Positions 36,464 through 46,199 of a stretch of 64,000 nucleotides of DNA are shown one piece after another. The translations under genes were made by a program, and so were the position numbers. Position 1 is the stretch's first letter. Each line of letters starts with the position of its first letter. The notes under the pieces were generated by a model. The model was not told the DNA's origin. It searched no databases and saw only the letters and a program-made list of their open reading frames with translations. Source of the stretch: Deltaproteobacteria bacterium (lineage in GTDB: Bacteria > Desulfobacterota > RBG-13-43-22); assembly GCA_016208255.1 (NCBI GenBank), contig JACQYK010000085.1, forward strand, positions 102,996 through 166,995, given 5' to 3'.

Positions 36464-37305
36464 TGGGGGTCACTCCTTTCTTTCTTTTTTTGAAGTCTTT
36501 TAAAGCGATCGGCGGCAAAAACCGCCGCTCCCAGGGCACCCACGATTTGCGGATCTTCGCTCAAGGGAATGAAACGGAGGCCCAGCATCGCTTCCAAATT
36601 TTTAACCACCCCGCTGTTTTTACAAACCCCGCCGCTGATGGTCATTTCCGGTTTGATGCCCACTCGGCCGACCAGCATTTTGACCCTTCTGGCCATAGCT
36701 TCGTTGATTCCTGCGGCGATATCCGCCGGATCTTTATCTTCCATTAGGTAATGCATGATTTCCAGTTCGGAAAATATGCCGCATTGATTGGTAATGGTAA
36801 TCGTCTGGCCTGCCTTTTCGGCCAAGGCGGCCAGCTCGCTGAAATGGACCCCCAGATATTTGGACATCAGCTCCAGGGAACGACCGGTGCCGGCGGCACA
36901 TTTGTCATTCATCACAAAATCCTCCAGCGCCCCGTTTTCATCCAGGCGGATGACTTTACAGTCCTGACCGCCGATGTCGATAATAGTGCGGATACCAGGG
37001 GCCAAAAAATGAGCCCCTTTGCCGTGACAGGAAATTTCACTGATATTATGATCCGCAAAGGATATGGATTCACGTCCGTATCCCGTGGATACGGTATAGT
37101 CGATATCATCGTATGTAAGCTGGATTGAGGTCAGGGCCATATCCATTACCTCCCGGGCGGATTGTTCCGGCCGAGGCCGGACCTGAATGATTTCCGAGGC
37201 CACTATTTTATCGTCATTTAAGATAACCGCTTCGGCTGACAGGGAGCCGACATCACATCCGGCAACGATCATTTTTTCTGCAATCCTTTCATTAATTTTC
37301 ACCAT
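36460..37305 (-). CDS. BcrAD/BadFG-family ATPase, second subunit (start uncertain: 37305 or 37272)
   Basis: AGCDVGSLSAEAV, IDIGGQDCKVI, NDKCAAGTGRSLE, NQCGIFSELEI. 4-nt overlap with the downstream ATPase gene. Confidence 0.8.
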   Translation of the reverse strand: MVKINERIAEKMIVAGCDVGSLSAEAVILNDDKIVASEIIQVRPRPEQSAREVMDMALTSIQLTYDDIDYTVSTGYGRESISFADHNISEISCHGKGAHFLAPGIRTIIDIGGQDCKVIRLDENGALEDFVMNDKCAAGTGRSLELMSKYLGVHFSELAALAEKAGQTITITNQCGIFSELEIMHYLMEDKDPADIAAGINEAMARRVKMLVGRVGIKPEMTISGGVCKNSGVVKNLEAMLGLRFIPLSEDPQIVGALGAAVFAADRFKRLQKKKERSDPH

Positions 37306-38680
37306 GGTATTTAGGGATGGTTTCAAAGAATTCTTCCCACTGCTCTTTGAGAACCTCCATGGATGTGGTTCGAGAATCCCATCCATCCGCTTCCATGCGG
37401 AGCGTGGGGGTACCGAGTTCCTTTTGAATCCGATCGGCCACCATCCGATAGACGCCCCAGACCTGCTTGCAGGCCGTGTGGCCGGTAAAAACCACGCAGT
37501 CGGCTTTATATTTTTCGATGTAATACAATAAGTCCGAGATCCACCCGCCGTGGAAACTATTTTTGCCTTTTAACTGCCGGGTCATGGGAAGGTTCATATT
37601 GACGGCGGCCAGTCCGGCGAGCATAGTGTCGGTGTTGCGGAGGTCGAGGTAGGGCACGTGATCGCTGAAAATCAGCATATCCATAATATAGGAAATACCC
37701 TTTTCCTCCTGAAACCAGGCGTGAAAAGAATTGTCAAAATAAATACCCGTATACATAAACATAAAACGGAGTCTCTCTTCCGGTAACACGTGCTTGCCCT
37801 TTTTAAAACGGTCCAATGACCGGTCATAAGCTATTTGATAAAAATCCACGGCATCCTGGGTCCCCAGTTTGGTGAGTCTGGTAGCCAGGTGATTCATATT
37901 GTAATAATTGGGAACCGGGTTGGGCACATGACGTTTGAGATCGCTGATCTCCATGGCCAGTTCATTGGCCTTATTGGACAAGGAACAGACTTCACGGAGC
38001 CGGTCTTCATCCAGCTTGTTCCCGGAAACTTCTTCCAGGATTTTCACCACCTCCTTGAAGCCCTGTTCATAATATTGGAAGGACCTTTTATCATGGTAAT
38101 AGGGCACATCAATAAAAAGTGTGGGAATATCGAATTTTTCCCCCATGTATTCAAATATCTTGGTGTTCGGATCACAACCGCCCAAAGCGCCGTTGACCAA
38201 TAAATCCGGTTTTCCCAAAACACCCGCTTCCAGCATGCCGACTACCGCCCTTTGGGCCGAGCACATGGTCTCCGGCAGTCCTTTCTCTATGGAAAGATCC
38301 AGGTAGGGGGAAATACCTTCTTCCAGGGTCATGGTCATGGTGTCCAATACTTCAACGCCCACAGGGACCATGTCCAGGGCATAAAAAATTTCCGGGGAAA
38401 AATTAAAGGGGATAAACACCACCTTCTTGCCCTTGTCCTTGGCGGTAAGGACGCTCTCCCAATAATTGCCCATGCCCCGGTTGAAGACATTGGAAATCAT
38501 TCGTACGTCGGGGTCCTTGGCCATGGTGATAAACATTGCCCGCCGGCGTTCAGGCAAGCTGTCCAGTAACAATTTTACATCCGGGGATTCGAAGTCTAAC
38601 TCCTCAGGGATGGCGGAACCCATCTGAAACGCAGCTACCATTCTTTCCAGTGCATTCGGCTGTATACTCATTTTATTCAC
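37292..38680 (-). CDS. Benzoyl-CoA reductase BcrB/BzdO-like (HgdA family) subunit
   Basis: 462 aa. Second gene in the C-B-A-D order. 4-nt overlap with the upstream gene. Confidence 0.75.
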   Translation of the reverse strand: MNKMSIQPNALERMVAAFQMGSAIPEELDFESPDVKLLLDSLPERRRAMFITMAKDPDVRMISNVFNRGMGNYWESVLTAKDKGKKVVFIPFNFSPEIFYALDMVPVGVEVLDTMTMTLEEGISPYLDLSIEKGLPETMCSAQRAVVGMLEAGVLGKPDLLVNGALGGCDPNTKIFEYMGEKFDIPTLFIDVPYYHDKRSFQYYEQGFKEVVKILEEVSGNKLDEDRLREVCSLSNKANELAMEISDLKRHVPNPVPNYYNMNHLATRLTKLGTQDAVDFYQIAYDRSLDRFKKGKHVLPEERLRFMFMYTGIYFDNSFHAWFQEEKGISYIMDMLIFSDHVPYLDLRNTDTMLAGLAAVNMNLPMTRQLKGKNSFHGGWISDLLYYIEKYKADCVVFTGHTACKQVWGVYRMVADRIQKELGTPTLRMEADGWDSRTTSMEVLKEQWEEFFETIPKYHGEN

Positions 38681-39804
38681 CCGATCCTTTCCAGAAATGC
38701 CTGCACCCTGGTCCTTAGCCGTCCGGCGTCGGCCAGGGGACCGTATTGTCTCTCCAATTCGATAACGGGGATATTCTCTTTTTCCAGGTTTATTTTTAAA
38801 AGGGCGTTATCCGTCCCGTGCTGATCGCAAAATTTGATATATTCCAGAATCGCCCCATCGGCATGGCTTCGCTGGATCTGATCCTTGACAAAGTCAAGCC
38901 TGCGCTTGAATTCACCGGCCATTCTGGGACAGGGTTCATGGTTGTAATACCTTCGACACAAGGCCTCAAAGGGTTCCTGATTCTCATCCGTGAGATTCCA
39001 GATACTTCTGGCCCCGAAACATAAGGCATCGGAGACGACAATCGCCCCCAGGCTTTCCACATTTTCAATAAACTCCGGATCATCCAGTTCGCTTCCAGCC
39101 ACCACCAGCCTGGTCTTATTGTTTTTCTTCTGTGGCCCCCTCTCCATGGTCTTTAGAATTTCCTTCAATAATTGATTAAAGGTTTCTTTGGGCATCAGGG
39201 TTGAGGCCGTAACCAGGATCAGGGCTTCGGCGCCGGTAATGGGTGGGTTTTCTCCCGCCCTCAGATCATAGACTTTTCTAAGCAGCCGGCGGGTTTCGTT
39301 ATAGACCGCGATCGCCTTTTTCAGGTTTTCCGGCGTCACCTTTACGCCAAAGCGCATTTCAAAAGCCGCTCTTAATCTGGAAACTTCTTCTTTAAACCAT
39401 TCATAGCCGTTTTCCGAAAGGCGGTGTGGCACCGGCAGGATGTACATAAACGGCAGGGCTGCGGTTTCGTGGGCCTCCCAGTTTTCATAGCACCTCCGGA
39501 TATGATCGCAGCCATTGACAAAAATGGCCCCGTCTAAAAATGCAAATTTCGCATCCAGGGCCGCCTCCAGGCAGCAACGGGCAAAGCTGCAATTGACTCT
39601 TGATAAATAGGAGTCGGCTTTGGATGAATCCGTGATCCCCCGGCCGGTAATCCTGTAGGGGAGAATATCAACCGCATACAGAAGTTCTTCGGGAAGATAG
39701 GTGCAGGCATATCCCATCACCTTTTTCCCTTGGGCCTTCCACTCGGTCACAGAGGGATTCTCCAGGGATTTGCAAACGTTCGACAATTCTTCCATGGCCT
39801 TCAC
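38677..39804 (-). CDS. Benzoyl-CoA reductase BcrC/BzdN-like (HgdB family) subunit
   Basis: 375 aa, first gene of the operon. ..CTYLPEELLYAVDILPYR.., ..NGCDH.., ..CFGARS.., ..KFCD... SD AAAGGAGG upstream. Confidence 0.75.
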   Translation of the reverse strand: MKAMEELSNVCKSLENPSVTEWKAQGKKVMGYACTYLPEELLYAVDILPYRITGRGITDSSKADSYLSRVNCSFARCCLEAALDAKFAFLDGAIFVNGCDHIRRCYENWEAHETAALPFMYILPVPHRLSENGYEWFKEEVSRLRAAFEMRFGVKVTPENLKKAIAVYNETRRLLRKVYDLRAGENPPITGAEALILVTASTLMPKETFNQLLKEILKTMERGPQKKNNKTRLVVAGSELDDPEFIENVESLGAIVVSDALCFGARSIWNLTDENQEPFEALCRRYYNHEPCPRMAGEFKRRLDFVKDQIQRSHADGAILEYIKFCDQHGTDNALLKINLEKENIPVIELERQYGPLADAGRLRTRVQAFLERIG

Positions 39805-40248
39805 TTTAATACCTCCTTTGAAAAAGGTTGGGATGGAAAAAAACGTACAGCCGCTCGATAACTCTTGGGTGAAAACGACTTCAATCGGTAATAGAAACGT
39901 TGTTGAGCTGCGTCCCGTTTAACATAACGTCGGTTATCTTCTCGACACGTTATTTGGTGTTAAGCTGTTTTTTCATCAGCATAAATGAGGAGGTTTTGTT
40001 TAAAAAGACTTCCAGTAAAATCAGCCAAGGTCTCGGAATCTTCCGAGTTAAATTAATCGGCCTGGACGTCTCTTTTCATCTGTTACTGGAGAAGCTTGAC
40101 AAAGTTTTGAAAGGCCTCCTGATCTTCTCAAAAAAGGCTTCCGTGGCCTTTGGTTCCCGGGAAAAGCAGCCTTGAGATATTGATCTTCTGCTTTTACATC
40201 TCAAGCAATTGTTTGAGAAATTTGATGGAGGTTGATGATTGTTTTTTC

Positions 40249-40279
40249 ACTGACTGACATGCCAGTCAGTTTTATTATA
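40249..40279 (-). promoter_or_regulatory. -10 element plus palindromic operator upstream of the reductase operon
   Basis: Minus strand: TATAAT (40279-40274), aaa, then ACTGACTG-N6-CAGTCAGT (40270-40249). The -35 at 17-nt spacing is poor (TTTCTT). Confidence 0.4.
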
Positions 40280-40408
40280 CCTTTTTTTTCTTGTCAAGAA
40301 AAAAAGGTTCGCAAAAATTTTGCTGAAATTTTTAAAATTTCATTTCCGCATTTCTTTGTTGAAATAAAGACTGGATAACGAACGTTCTCCGATAGGGAGG
40401 GTGGAAGA

Positions 40409-41299
40409 TTACCTTCCCTTGTGGTTCCTCCTTTGAGCTGAAAGTCGGAAATTATGGTACAAATTTTTTTTTCTGGGCGGGGAATTCAAATAGTTTTCAT
40501 CCCGCATGCCCGAGACCACCGGCAGGCCATCCATCTCCGGCGGCAGGAAGTTGAAAAGCACTTCCAGGATAACCATGACGATGCGGTAGGTCACTCCCCA
40601 AAGCACTTCCTGGCCTTCGTCATCCTCATGTAAAAATCCGGGAAAATCCTGAAGAGTCTCCTCTCCATCCACGTAAGCTTCAAAACTCATTCGAAAGCGG
40701 ACATATTTTTCAGGATTCAATAAACTCCTGATCGGGATGGAGACCACTTTTTCCACTTCCCCCCGATTGAGGAAGAACCGTTTACGATGCCCGACCCAGA
40801 CCACCATGGGGTAAAGGAATCTCTGGAAAGATTGCAGAGCCTGGGGAGGCAGGGGGCCGAGAAACTGGGTTCGGAAGGGATTGAGACGCATTTCCTCGGC
40901 ACACTCCCTCAGGCCGGTGGCCAGTAGAAGGGCCAGCCGATCGGCTTCCTTTCTTCTCTGTTTCTTCCATTGCTTCCAATAAGGCCAGCGGCCCAAGGGG
41001 AAGAAGGGCCATCCCAGGAATTTGGCCGCCAGGGAGTCGATATGATGAATTCCTCCCCCCGGGAAGCAGAGGTCCCCGGCCTGCCTCACCCACTTCGACC
41101 GTTTATTAAAGACGAAGCAGAGTTCTTTCCCTTTGCCTTTTCCCTGAAGACATTCACTGAAAAGACAAAGGACCACGGAAGAACCGGACGAATTGTATAA
41201 ATGATCCGAATAAAGGCAGGCGTCACGGTTCCACTTCTCCAGGGTTTCGCTGACCTGGTTTATAAATTGTTTGGGGTCCTTGGTTAACAGGGTGTTCAT
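40409..41299 (-). CDS. Nudix hydrolase (CoA pyrophosphatase-like) with an insertion in the Nudix box
   Basis: ..NKRSKWVRQAGDLCFPGGG.. then ..GLRECAEEMRLNP.. (RE..EE core), separated by about 45 extra residues. Confidence 0.5.
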   Translation of the reverse strand: MNTLLTKDPKQFINQVSETLEKWNRDACLYSDHLYNSSGSSVVLCLFSECLQGKGKGKELCFVFNKRSKWVRQAGDLCFPGGGIHHIDSLAAKFLGWPFFPLGRWPYWKQWKKQRRKEADRLALLLATGLRECAEEMRLNPFRTQFLGPLPPQALQSFQRFLYPMVVWVGHRKRFFLNRGEVEKVVSIPIRSLLNPEKYVRFRMSFEAYVDGEETLQDFPGFLHEDDEGQEVLWGVTYRIVMVILEVLFNFLPPEMDGLPVVSGMRDENYLNSPPRKKNLYHNFRLSAQRRNHKGR

Positions 41300-41395
41300 T
41301 TTTCCATTTTCTGTTGTGATTTTTTCAGACCTGTAATATCTTTTATCAAATATATCTATTTTATACCAATTTTTTCAACCGAAAGGAAATGGGAT

Positions 41396-42388
41396 ATGAC
41401 AGAAGAATGGAACCCTGGAAAGCTTTTAGGTCTTTCCGGTAATTATTGGGCGACCTGTGCCCTCCAGGCCGGGGTCAAATTGGCAATCTTCAGCCATCTC
41501 GGCAGCCGGAGCCTCAGCGGTGAGGAAATCGCGAAGCAACTTAAAGGAGATCCCCGGGGGGTCACCACCCTGCTTAACGCTTTGACAGCCATGGATCTTT
41601 TGACCAAGCAGGAAGGGCTTTATTCCAACACCCCCTTCAGTTCCTCATTTTTATCCAAAGAATCCCCTCAATATCTTGGCTACATGATCATGCATCATCA
41701 TCATCTGATGCCCTCCTGGGCGAAGTTAGATGAAGCGGTTATCAGCGGCCGGCCGATTCGGGGCCGGGCCTCCTTTGAGGATGAAACAGTTCGGGAAAGC
41801 TTTCTGATGGGTATGTTCAATCTGGCTATGATGCTGGCCCCGCACCTGGCCTCGGTGATCGATCTTTCCGGGAAAAAACATTTTCTCGACCTGGGCGGCG
41901 GCCCCGGGACCTATGCCATTCATTTTTGTTTGAAAAATCCCGGGCTCAAAGCCACGGTCTATGATCTCAAAACCACAAGGCCTTTTGCGGAAAAGACCAT
42001 CGCCCGATTCGGGCTGAGGGAGAGAATTGCTTTTCAGGACGGCAATTACCTGCAGGAAGAAATCCGGGGGACCTTTGATGGGGCCTGGTTGTCTCAGATC
42101 CTTCACGGCGAAGGGCCGGAGGAGGCCCAGCGGATTATCCGGAAAGCGGTCTCGGTCCTTGAACCGGGAGGTCAAATTTTCGTCCACGAATTCCTGTTAA
42201 ACAATACATTGGACGGCCCTCTGCATCCGGCCCTCTTTTCTTTGAACATGCTCCTGGGCACGGAACACGGCCAGTCCTATTCGGAACAGCAGGTCATGGA
42301 TATGCTGGCTCAGGCCGGGACCAGGGAAATCCGCCGCCTGCCTTTGCAGACCCCCAATGATTCCGGGGTGATTGTGGGGACGGTATGA
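41396..42388 (+). CDS. Class I SAM-dependent O-methyltransferase (Methyltransf_2-like with N-terminal dimerisation domain)
   Basis: HFLDLGGGPGTYAIHF SAM motif. 330 aa. Confidence 0.75.
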   Translation: MTEEWNPGKLLGLSGNYWATCALQAGVKLAIFSHLGSRSLSGEEIAKQLKGDPRGVTTLLNALTAMDLLTKQEGLYSNTPFSSSFLSKESPQYLGYMIMHHHHLMPSWAKLDEAVISGRPIRGRASFEDETVRESFLMGMFNLAMMLAPHLASVIDLSGKKHFLDLGGGPGTYAIHFCLKNPGLKATVYDLKTTRPFAEKTIARFGLRERIAFQDGNYLQEEIRGTFDGAWLSQILHGEGPEEAQRIIRKAVSVLEPGGQIFVHEFLLNNTLDGPLHPALFSLNMLLGTEHGQSYSEQQVMDMLAQAGTREIRRLPLQTPNDSGVIVGTV

Positions 42389-42423
42389 CCCGAAAGCGGG
42401 TACTAAGGACAAACTTTCAGAAC

Positions 42424-42533
42424 GTCGCCAAAGACCCTTTTTTGTCATTCCCGTGAAAACGGGAATCCAGTGTTTTTAATTGGTTGTTCATGACTGGATT
42501 CCCGCTTGCGCGGGAATGACGATTTTTTGAGGG
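42424..42533. repeat. Palindromic intergenic repeat family, copy R2
   Basis: tgtcattcccgtgaaaacgggaatccag .. ctggattcccgcttgcgcgggaatgacg, near-identical to R1. Confidence 0.85.
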
Positions 42534-42552
42534 TCCATCAACACTAATTACC

Positions 42553-43254
42553 TTAAACCGGCTTGACGTATATTTCCCGGCCGATGCTTTCATCCAGGGC
42601 AATGGAGGTTTCGCCAATCTGGATGATACAGGTCGGGTGACGCTGCTTGAGCTGAATGACGACGCCGGGGATAACTCCAAAAGAGCCAAGGGGCTCCAGC
42701 CGGTCTTTGACTTTGGTTGAAATAAAAACCACCCGTCCCTCCTGACCCAGGGCCAGATCATTCAGGGGGCGGATCAGGGGTTTCATCTCCCGGGTCAATT
42801 TCTTGCAGCAATCACCCTGGGGGATCGATTTCCCATGGGGACAGACCGGGGGATGACCCAGGAAGGAACAGACGCTGTCAGTTACCGCCGGGCTGAGAAT
42901 GTGTTCCAGTTTGCAGGCTTCTTTTTCGGCCTCTTCCTCGGACATCTCGAAGAGTTCCATTAAAAGACGTTCGGTCAGCCGGTGACGGCGGATGATCCCT
43001 TCGGCCAGGGCTTCTCCTTTTTCCTTGAAATTCAGAATATCCCCATCCAATTCAAAAAGGCCTTCCTTCATCATATGGTTCAAGACGGCCCTGGCTTCCG
43101 GGTCGGAGGTGTTTTGAAAGAGGCTGTGGATATCAGTGACTCCTTTTTCCCGGAGGGTCCAGATCAATTCCAATAGTTCATCAATGCTTTCCTCCGGGGT
43201 TCGAGCCGGCCGGCTGCTGTTATCGGTTTTCGAATTTTCAAGGTTGGAGTTCAT
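42553..43254 (-). CDS. DtxR/MntR-family metal-dependent regulator fused to a FeoA (SH3-like) domain
   Basis: ..IIRRHRLTERLL.., ..EHILSPAVTDSVCSFLGHPPVCPHGKSIP.., and a C-terminal ..GQEGRVVFI..GVIPGVVIQL.. FeoA-like domain. The ATG at 43254 follows AGAGGGA. Confidence 0.75.
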   Translation of the reverse strand: MNSNLENSKTDNSSRPARTPEESIDELLELIWTLREKGVTDIHSLFQNTSDPEARAVLNHMMKEGLFELDGDILNFKEKGEALAEGIIRRHRLTERLLMELFEMSEEEAEKEACKLEHILSPAVTDSVCSFLGHPPVCPHGKSIPQGDCCKKLTREMKPLIRPLNDLALGQEGRVVFISTKVKDRLEPLGSFGVIPGVVIQLKQRHPTCIIQIGETSIALDESIGREIYVKPV

Positions 43255-43280
43255 GTTTTTCCCTCTTTCGGTTGAAAAAA

Positions 43281-43301
43281 AGTTTGGAGTTCGGAGTTCG
43301 G
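43281..43301. repeat. Heptamer tandem array AGTTYGG x3
   Basis: agtttgg agttcgg agttcgg read directly. Confidence 0.75.
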
Positions 43302-43356
43302 AGAACCCATTATTCAAGCCCTGTCCGGACCCTTTCCAGATCATTAAAAAAAATAA

Positions 43357-43572
43357 TTAAACCTTTTGACGCCTCAAACTGATATGAATTTTTTGAATAA
43401 GACGTTTAATAAACTCAACGGTCCGCGATCCTTTTGGAAAACTGAAGCCGCAGTTGGGACAGCAAACCAGATTGCAATGGCGGCTCAGGGGACAGGCCGA
43501 GGGACAGGTCCGCCTGTCCATGACAAAGGTCTGGCCGCACAGGGAACAGGTGTATTTTGCTTCCTTATCCAT
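43357..43572 (-). CDS. Small Cys-rich Zn-ribbon protein downstream of feoB
   Basis: 71 aa, CSLCG..CPSACP..CCPNCG. 8-nt overlap with the feoB stop. Confidence 0.45.
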   Translation of the reverse strand: MDKEAKYTCSLCGQTFVMDRRTCPSACPLSRHCNLVCCPNCGFSFPKGSRTVEFIKRLIQKIHISLRRQKV

Positions 43573-45541
43573 TCGCTAACCCCATTAATACCCAATTCAG
43601 CAGTCCGCCCATCAGCAGAGCGATAAAAATAACCACCCCAACAATGACCAGGGCCATTCTCCAGCCTCGTTCCTTGATGATTACAAAGAAGTTGGCAATG
43701 CAGGGGACAAAAAGAGTGATGGTCACCAGGGCCACCAAGACCTGATGATGGTTCAGGAGTCCTTTCTGGGCCAGGGCAAAAAAGCCCGCTGCCCCGTAAT
43801 CGCGCCGTAAAAAGCCGATGATAAAGGAAGAGGTGGATTCGACCGGCAGACCCAGCCAGTTGACCACTAACGGCTTGGCCCCGTGTTCCAGAGAGGTCAT
43901 AGCCCCGGTTTTGTCCAGGACAAAGAGGATCAAGGTCCCCAAAATAAATAAAGGCACGGCTTCCTGGAGATACCATTCGATACGGGACAGGGTCTTGATC
44001 AAAATATTTTTCATCTGAGGCCAGCGCAGCGGAGGGAGTTCCAGGATAAAGCTGGCACATTCTCCAGGAACCAATTTACCGGCCAGGAACCCGACCAGGA
44101 GAAGCACTCCGGAAACAATGATGACCCAGGAAATAAAAATCCAGGCCGGGAATCCGGCCAGCATTCCGAAAATGACCGCCAGTTGAGCCGAACAGGGGAC
44201 CCCCAGGGCCAGGAGAAGAGTGACAATGATTTTGTCCTTGCGGGTCTCCAAAATCCGGGTGGTCATGGTGGCCATGGTATCGCACCCCAACCCCAGGATC
44301 ATGGGTAAAATGGCTTTGCCGTTCAGCCCCATGATTTTGAAAATGCGGTTGCTCATAACCGCCAACCTCGGCAGGTAACCGGAATCTTCCAGGAAGCCGA
44401 AGATGAGGAAAAAGAACCCGACAATCGGCAGGATCAGGGCCAGGGCGTAAGTCAGGGCCATGGTGAAGACCCCATAGGGTCCGATCAATAGATCCTGTAA
44501 AAAAGGGAAGGGGATGATCCACTTGACCAATCGGGTCAGGAAAGGATTAATAAACTCCCCGAAAACCTTTTCTTCCATAAAACCCACGGCGATGTCGGCC
44601 CCCAGGACGCCAATAATTTCGTAGGATAAAAACAAAACCGCCAACATCCAGATGAATCCCACCACCCGGTGGGTGGACCACTCACCCAAACGGCGGGACC
44701 AGCCGGGGGGGGAAGTTTCCTTTTTGGTTTGGATCCGGCTGAGTAAGCGGTCTATTATTTCCAGACGTTCAACATTGATCCGATAGTTTAATGGTTGGCT
44801 ATGATTTTTCTGGGATTGGGCGCAAAGGGTTTCAATTCGCACCAGTTCTTGAGGTCCCAATCTTTCTTCGAGCCAGGATCTGAGGGAATCATCTCCGGCC
44901 AGGAGCATCAGGGCCAGTGACCTTCCGCTGATCGGGGCCGGAGGCAACAGGGGAAGAAGACAGGCTATCCCCGCTTCGATGGGTTCGGAATACTGAAAGG
45001 AAAAGGTGGATTTGGGGCTTTTTCCCAAGGCCGGCAGGAGCTGGTCCAACCCTTTTTTTTGGGTGGCCACTGCTGAAAAGACCGGGAGCCCGAACATCTC
45101 CTTCAGGGCTTTCAGGTTGATCTCAAACCCACGGCTTTGGGCCTCATCCATCATATTCAGGACCAGAATCAGCGGGACTCCCATCTCGATCAATTGCAGG
45201 GCGATCAGCAGACCCCGGCGCAGATTCTTGGCATCCAGGACATTGATCACCGAAAAGCCGGTTTCGGATAGAAGGATATCCCTGGTGACTTTTTCATCTT
45301 CCGAATTGGGAATCAAGCTGTTAACGCCGGGCGTATCGAGAATAGTATAGGAAGACTCGCCGCTTTTCGCTGAACCGGAGGAAATCTCTACGGTGGTCCC
45401 GGGGTAGTTGGAGACCACCCGGTAAGTCCCGGTCAGGAAATTGAAGATGACGCTTTTTCCCACGTTGGGATTGCCGACCAGGATCACTTTAGCCGGGCCT
45501 GAGGTTTTGAGATTTTCTTGCATTAAGGTTTTGTGTTTCAT
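43565..45541 (-). CDS. feoB: Ferrous iron transporter FeoB
   Basis: 658 aa. VILVGNPNVGKSVIFNFLTG G-domain followed by a polytopic membrane domain. Confidence 0.9.
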   Translation of the reverse strand: MKHKTLMQENLKTSGPAKVILVGNPNVGKSVIFNFLTGTYRVVSNYPGTTVEISSGSAKSGESSYTILDTPGVNSLIPNSEDEKVTRDILLSETGFSVINVLDAKNLRRGLLIALQLIEMGVPLILVLNMMDEAQSRGFEINLKALKEMFGLPVFSAVATQKKGLDQLLPALGKSPKSTFSFQYSEPIEAGIACLLPLLPPAPISGRSLALMLLAGDDSLRSWLEERLGPQELVRIETLCAQSQKNHSQPLNYRINVERLEIIDRLLSRIQTKKETSPPGWSRRLGEWSTHRVVGFIWMLAVLFLSYEIIGVLGADIAVGFMEEKVFGEFINPFLTRLVKWIIPFPFLQDLLIGPYGVFTMALTYALALILPIVGFFFLIFGFLEDSGYLPRLAVMSNRIFKIMGLNGKAILPMILGLGCDTMATMTTRILETRKDKIIVTLLLALGVPCSAQLAVIFGMLAGFPAWIFISWVIIVSGVLLLVGFLAGKLVPGECASFILELPPLRWPQMKNILIKTLSRIEWYLQEAVPLFILGTLILFVLDKTGAMTSLEHGAKPLVVNWLGLPVESTSSFIIGFLRRDYGAAGFFALAQKGLLNHHQVLVALVTITLFVPCIANFFVIIKERGWRMALVIVGVVIFIALLMGGLLNWVLMGLANG

Positions 45542-45987
45542 CGGGTATTTGATTTTTTTTCTGATTTTTTAGAACACTTCAAACAATAGCCGTACAACTC
45601 CAGGACATGATGGGTAATAAAAAAGCCGTGTTCCCGGGCCACATCCTCCTGCAGGGTTTCGATGCTCTTATTCTCAAACTCCGATATCCGGCCGCAACTG
45701 AGGCAGATGAGATGATCATGATGCTGTCCCCGCCGGGCCGGCTCAAAGGTACTCTCCTGGCGGTTGAACTTTCGCTCCACGGCCAGCCCGCATTGAGTCA
45801 GCAGCTTCAGGGTCCGATAAATAGTGGTCAAGCCCACCCGTTTGTCCTTTATCCGGACTTGGGAAAGGAGCTCTTCGGCCGAAATGTGCCCTTTTTGCTT
45901 AAAAAAAGTTTCCATCACCAGGTCCCGTTGGCCGGACTGGCGCAGTCCCCGGCTTTTGACAATATTTTTTAAAATTGAAGGCTCCAT
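45538..45987 (-). CDS. fur: Fur-family metal uptake regulator
   Basis: ..HHDHLICLSCGRI..YGYCLKC.. metal sites and a winged-helix N-terminus. ATGA overlap with feoB. Confidence 0.85.
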   Translation of the reverse strand: MEPSILKNIVKSRGLRQSGQRDLVMETFFKQKGHISAEELLSQVRIKDKRVGLTTIYRTLKLLTQCGLAVERKFNRQESTFEPARRGQHHDHLICLSCGRISEFENKSIETLQEDVAREHGFFITHHVLELYGYCLKCSKKSEKKSNTR

Positions 45988-46001
45988 GGGGCGCGATCCT
46001 T

Positions 46002-46040
46002 AAATGAAAATGGTTTTCATTTTCATTATAATCATTTTAA
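46002..46040. promoter_or_regulatory. Fur-box-like operator upstream of fur-feoB
   Basis: aaatgaaaa-tgg-ttttcattt palindrome (46002-46022) containing TGAAAAT-g-GTTTTCA (7-1-7-like). It is followed by tcattataatcatttt, 15-50 nt upstream of the fur ATG. Confidence 0.55.
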
Positions 46041-46199
46041 GTCCTATGTCAAATTAAAAATTTTTCCAAGGGGGAGGGGATAACGATCGCCAGGGTTTAA
46101 TAGGGGGTGGAGGCTGAAAAGGCCGGTTTAAGGCCTTGTTTCAACCTCGTTCTATAAGAATTTTTTGGTTTGTAACAATTTAGGCTTATGAAAAAATAT

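Noticed and set aside
39900-40175. 91-aa plus-strand ORF in the long non-coding region upstream of the reductase operon
   Set aside because: AT-rich low-complexity translation with no SD and no recognisable motif. The region is more plausibly the leader/promoter of the minus-strand operon.
43485-44522. Long antisense and alternative-frame ORFs inside feoB (e.g. 43485-44060, 44076-44522), and similar ones inside most large genes
   Set aside because: Their Gly/Pro/Arg-rich translations are typical of off-frame reading of GC-balanced coding DNA, and the feoB frame has unambiguous family motifs.
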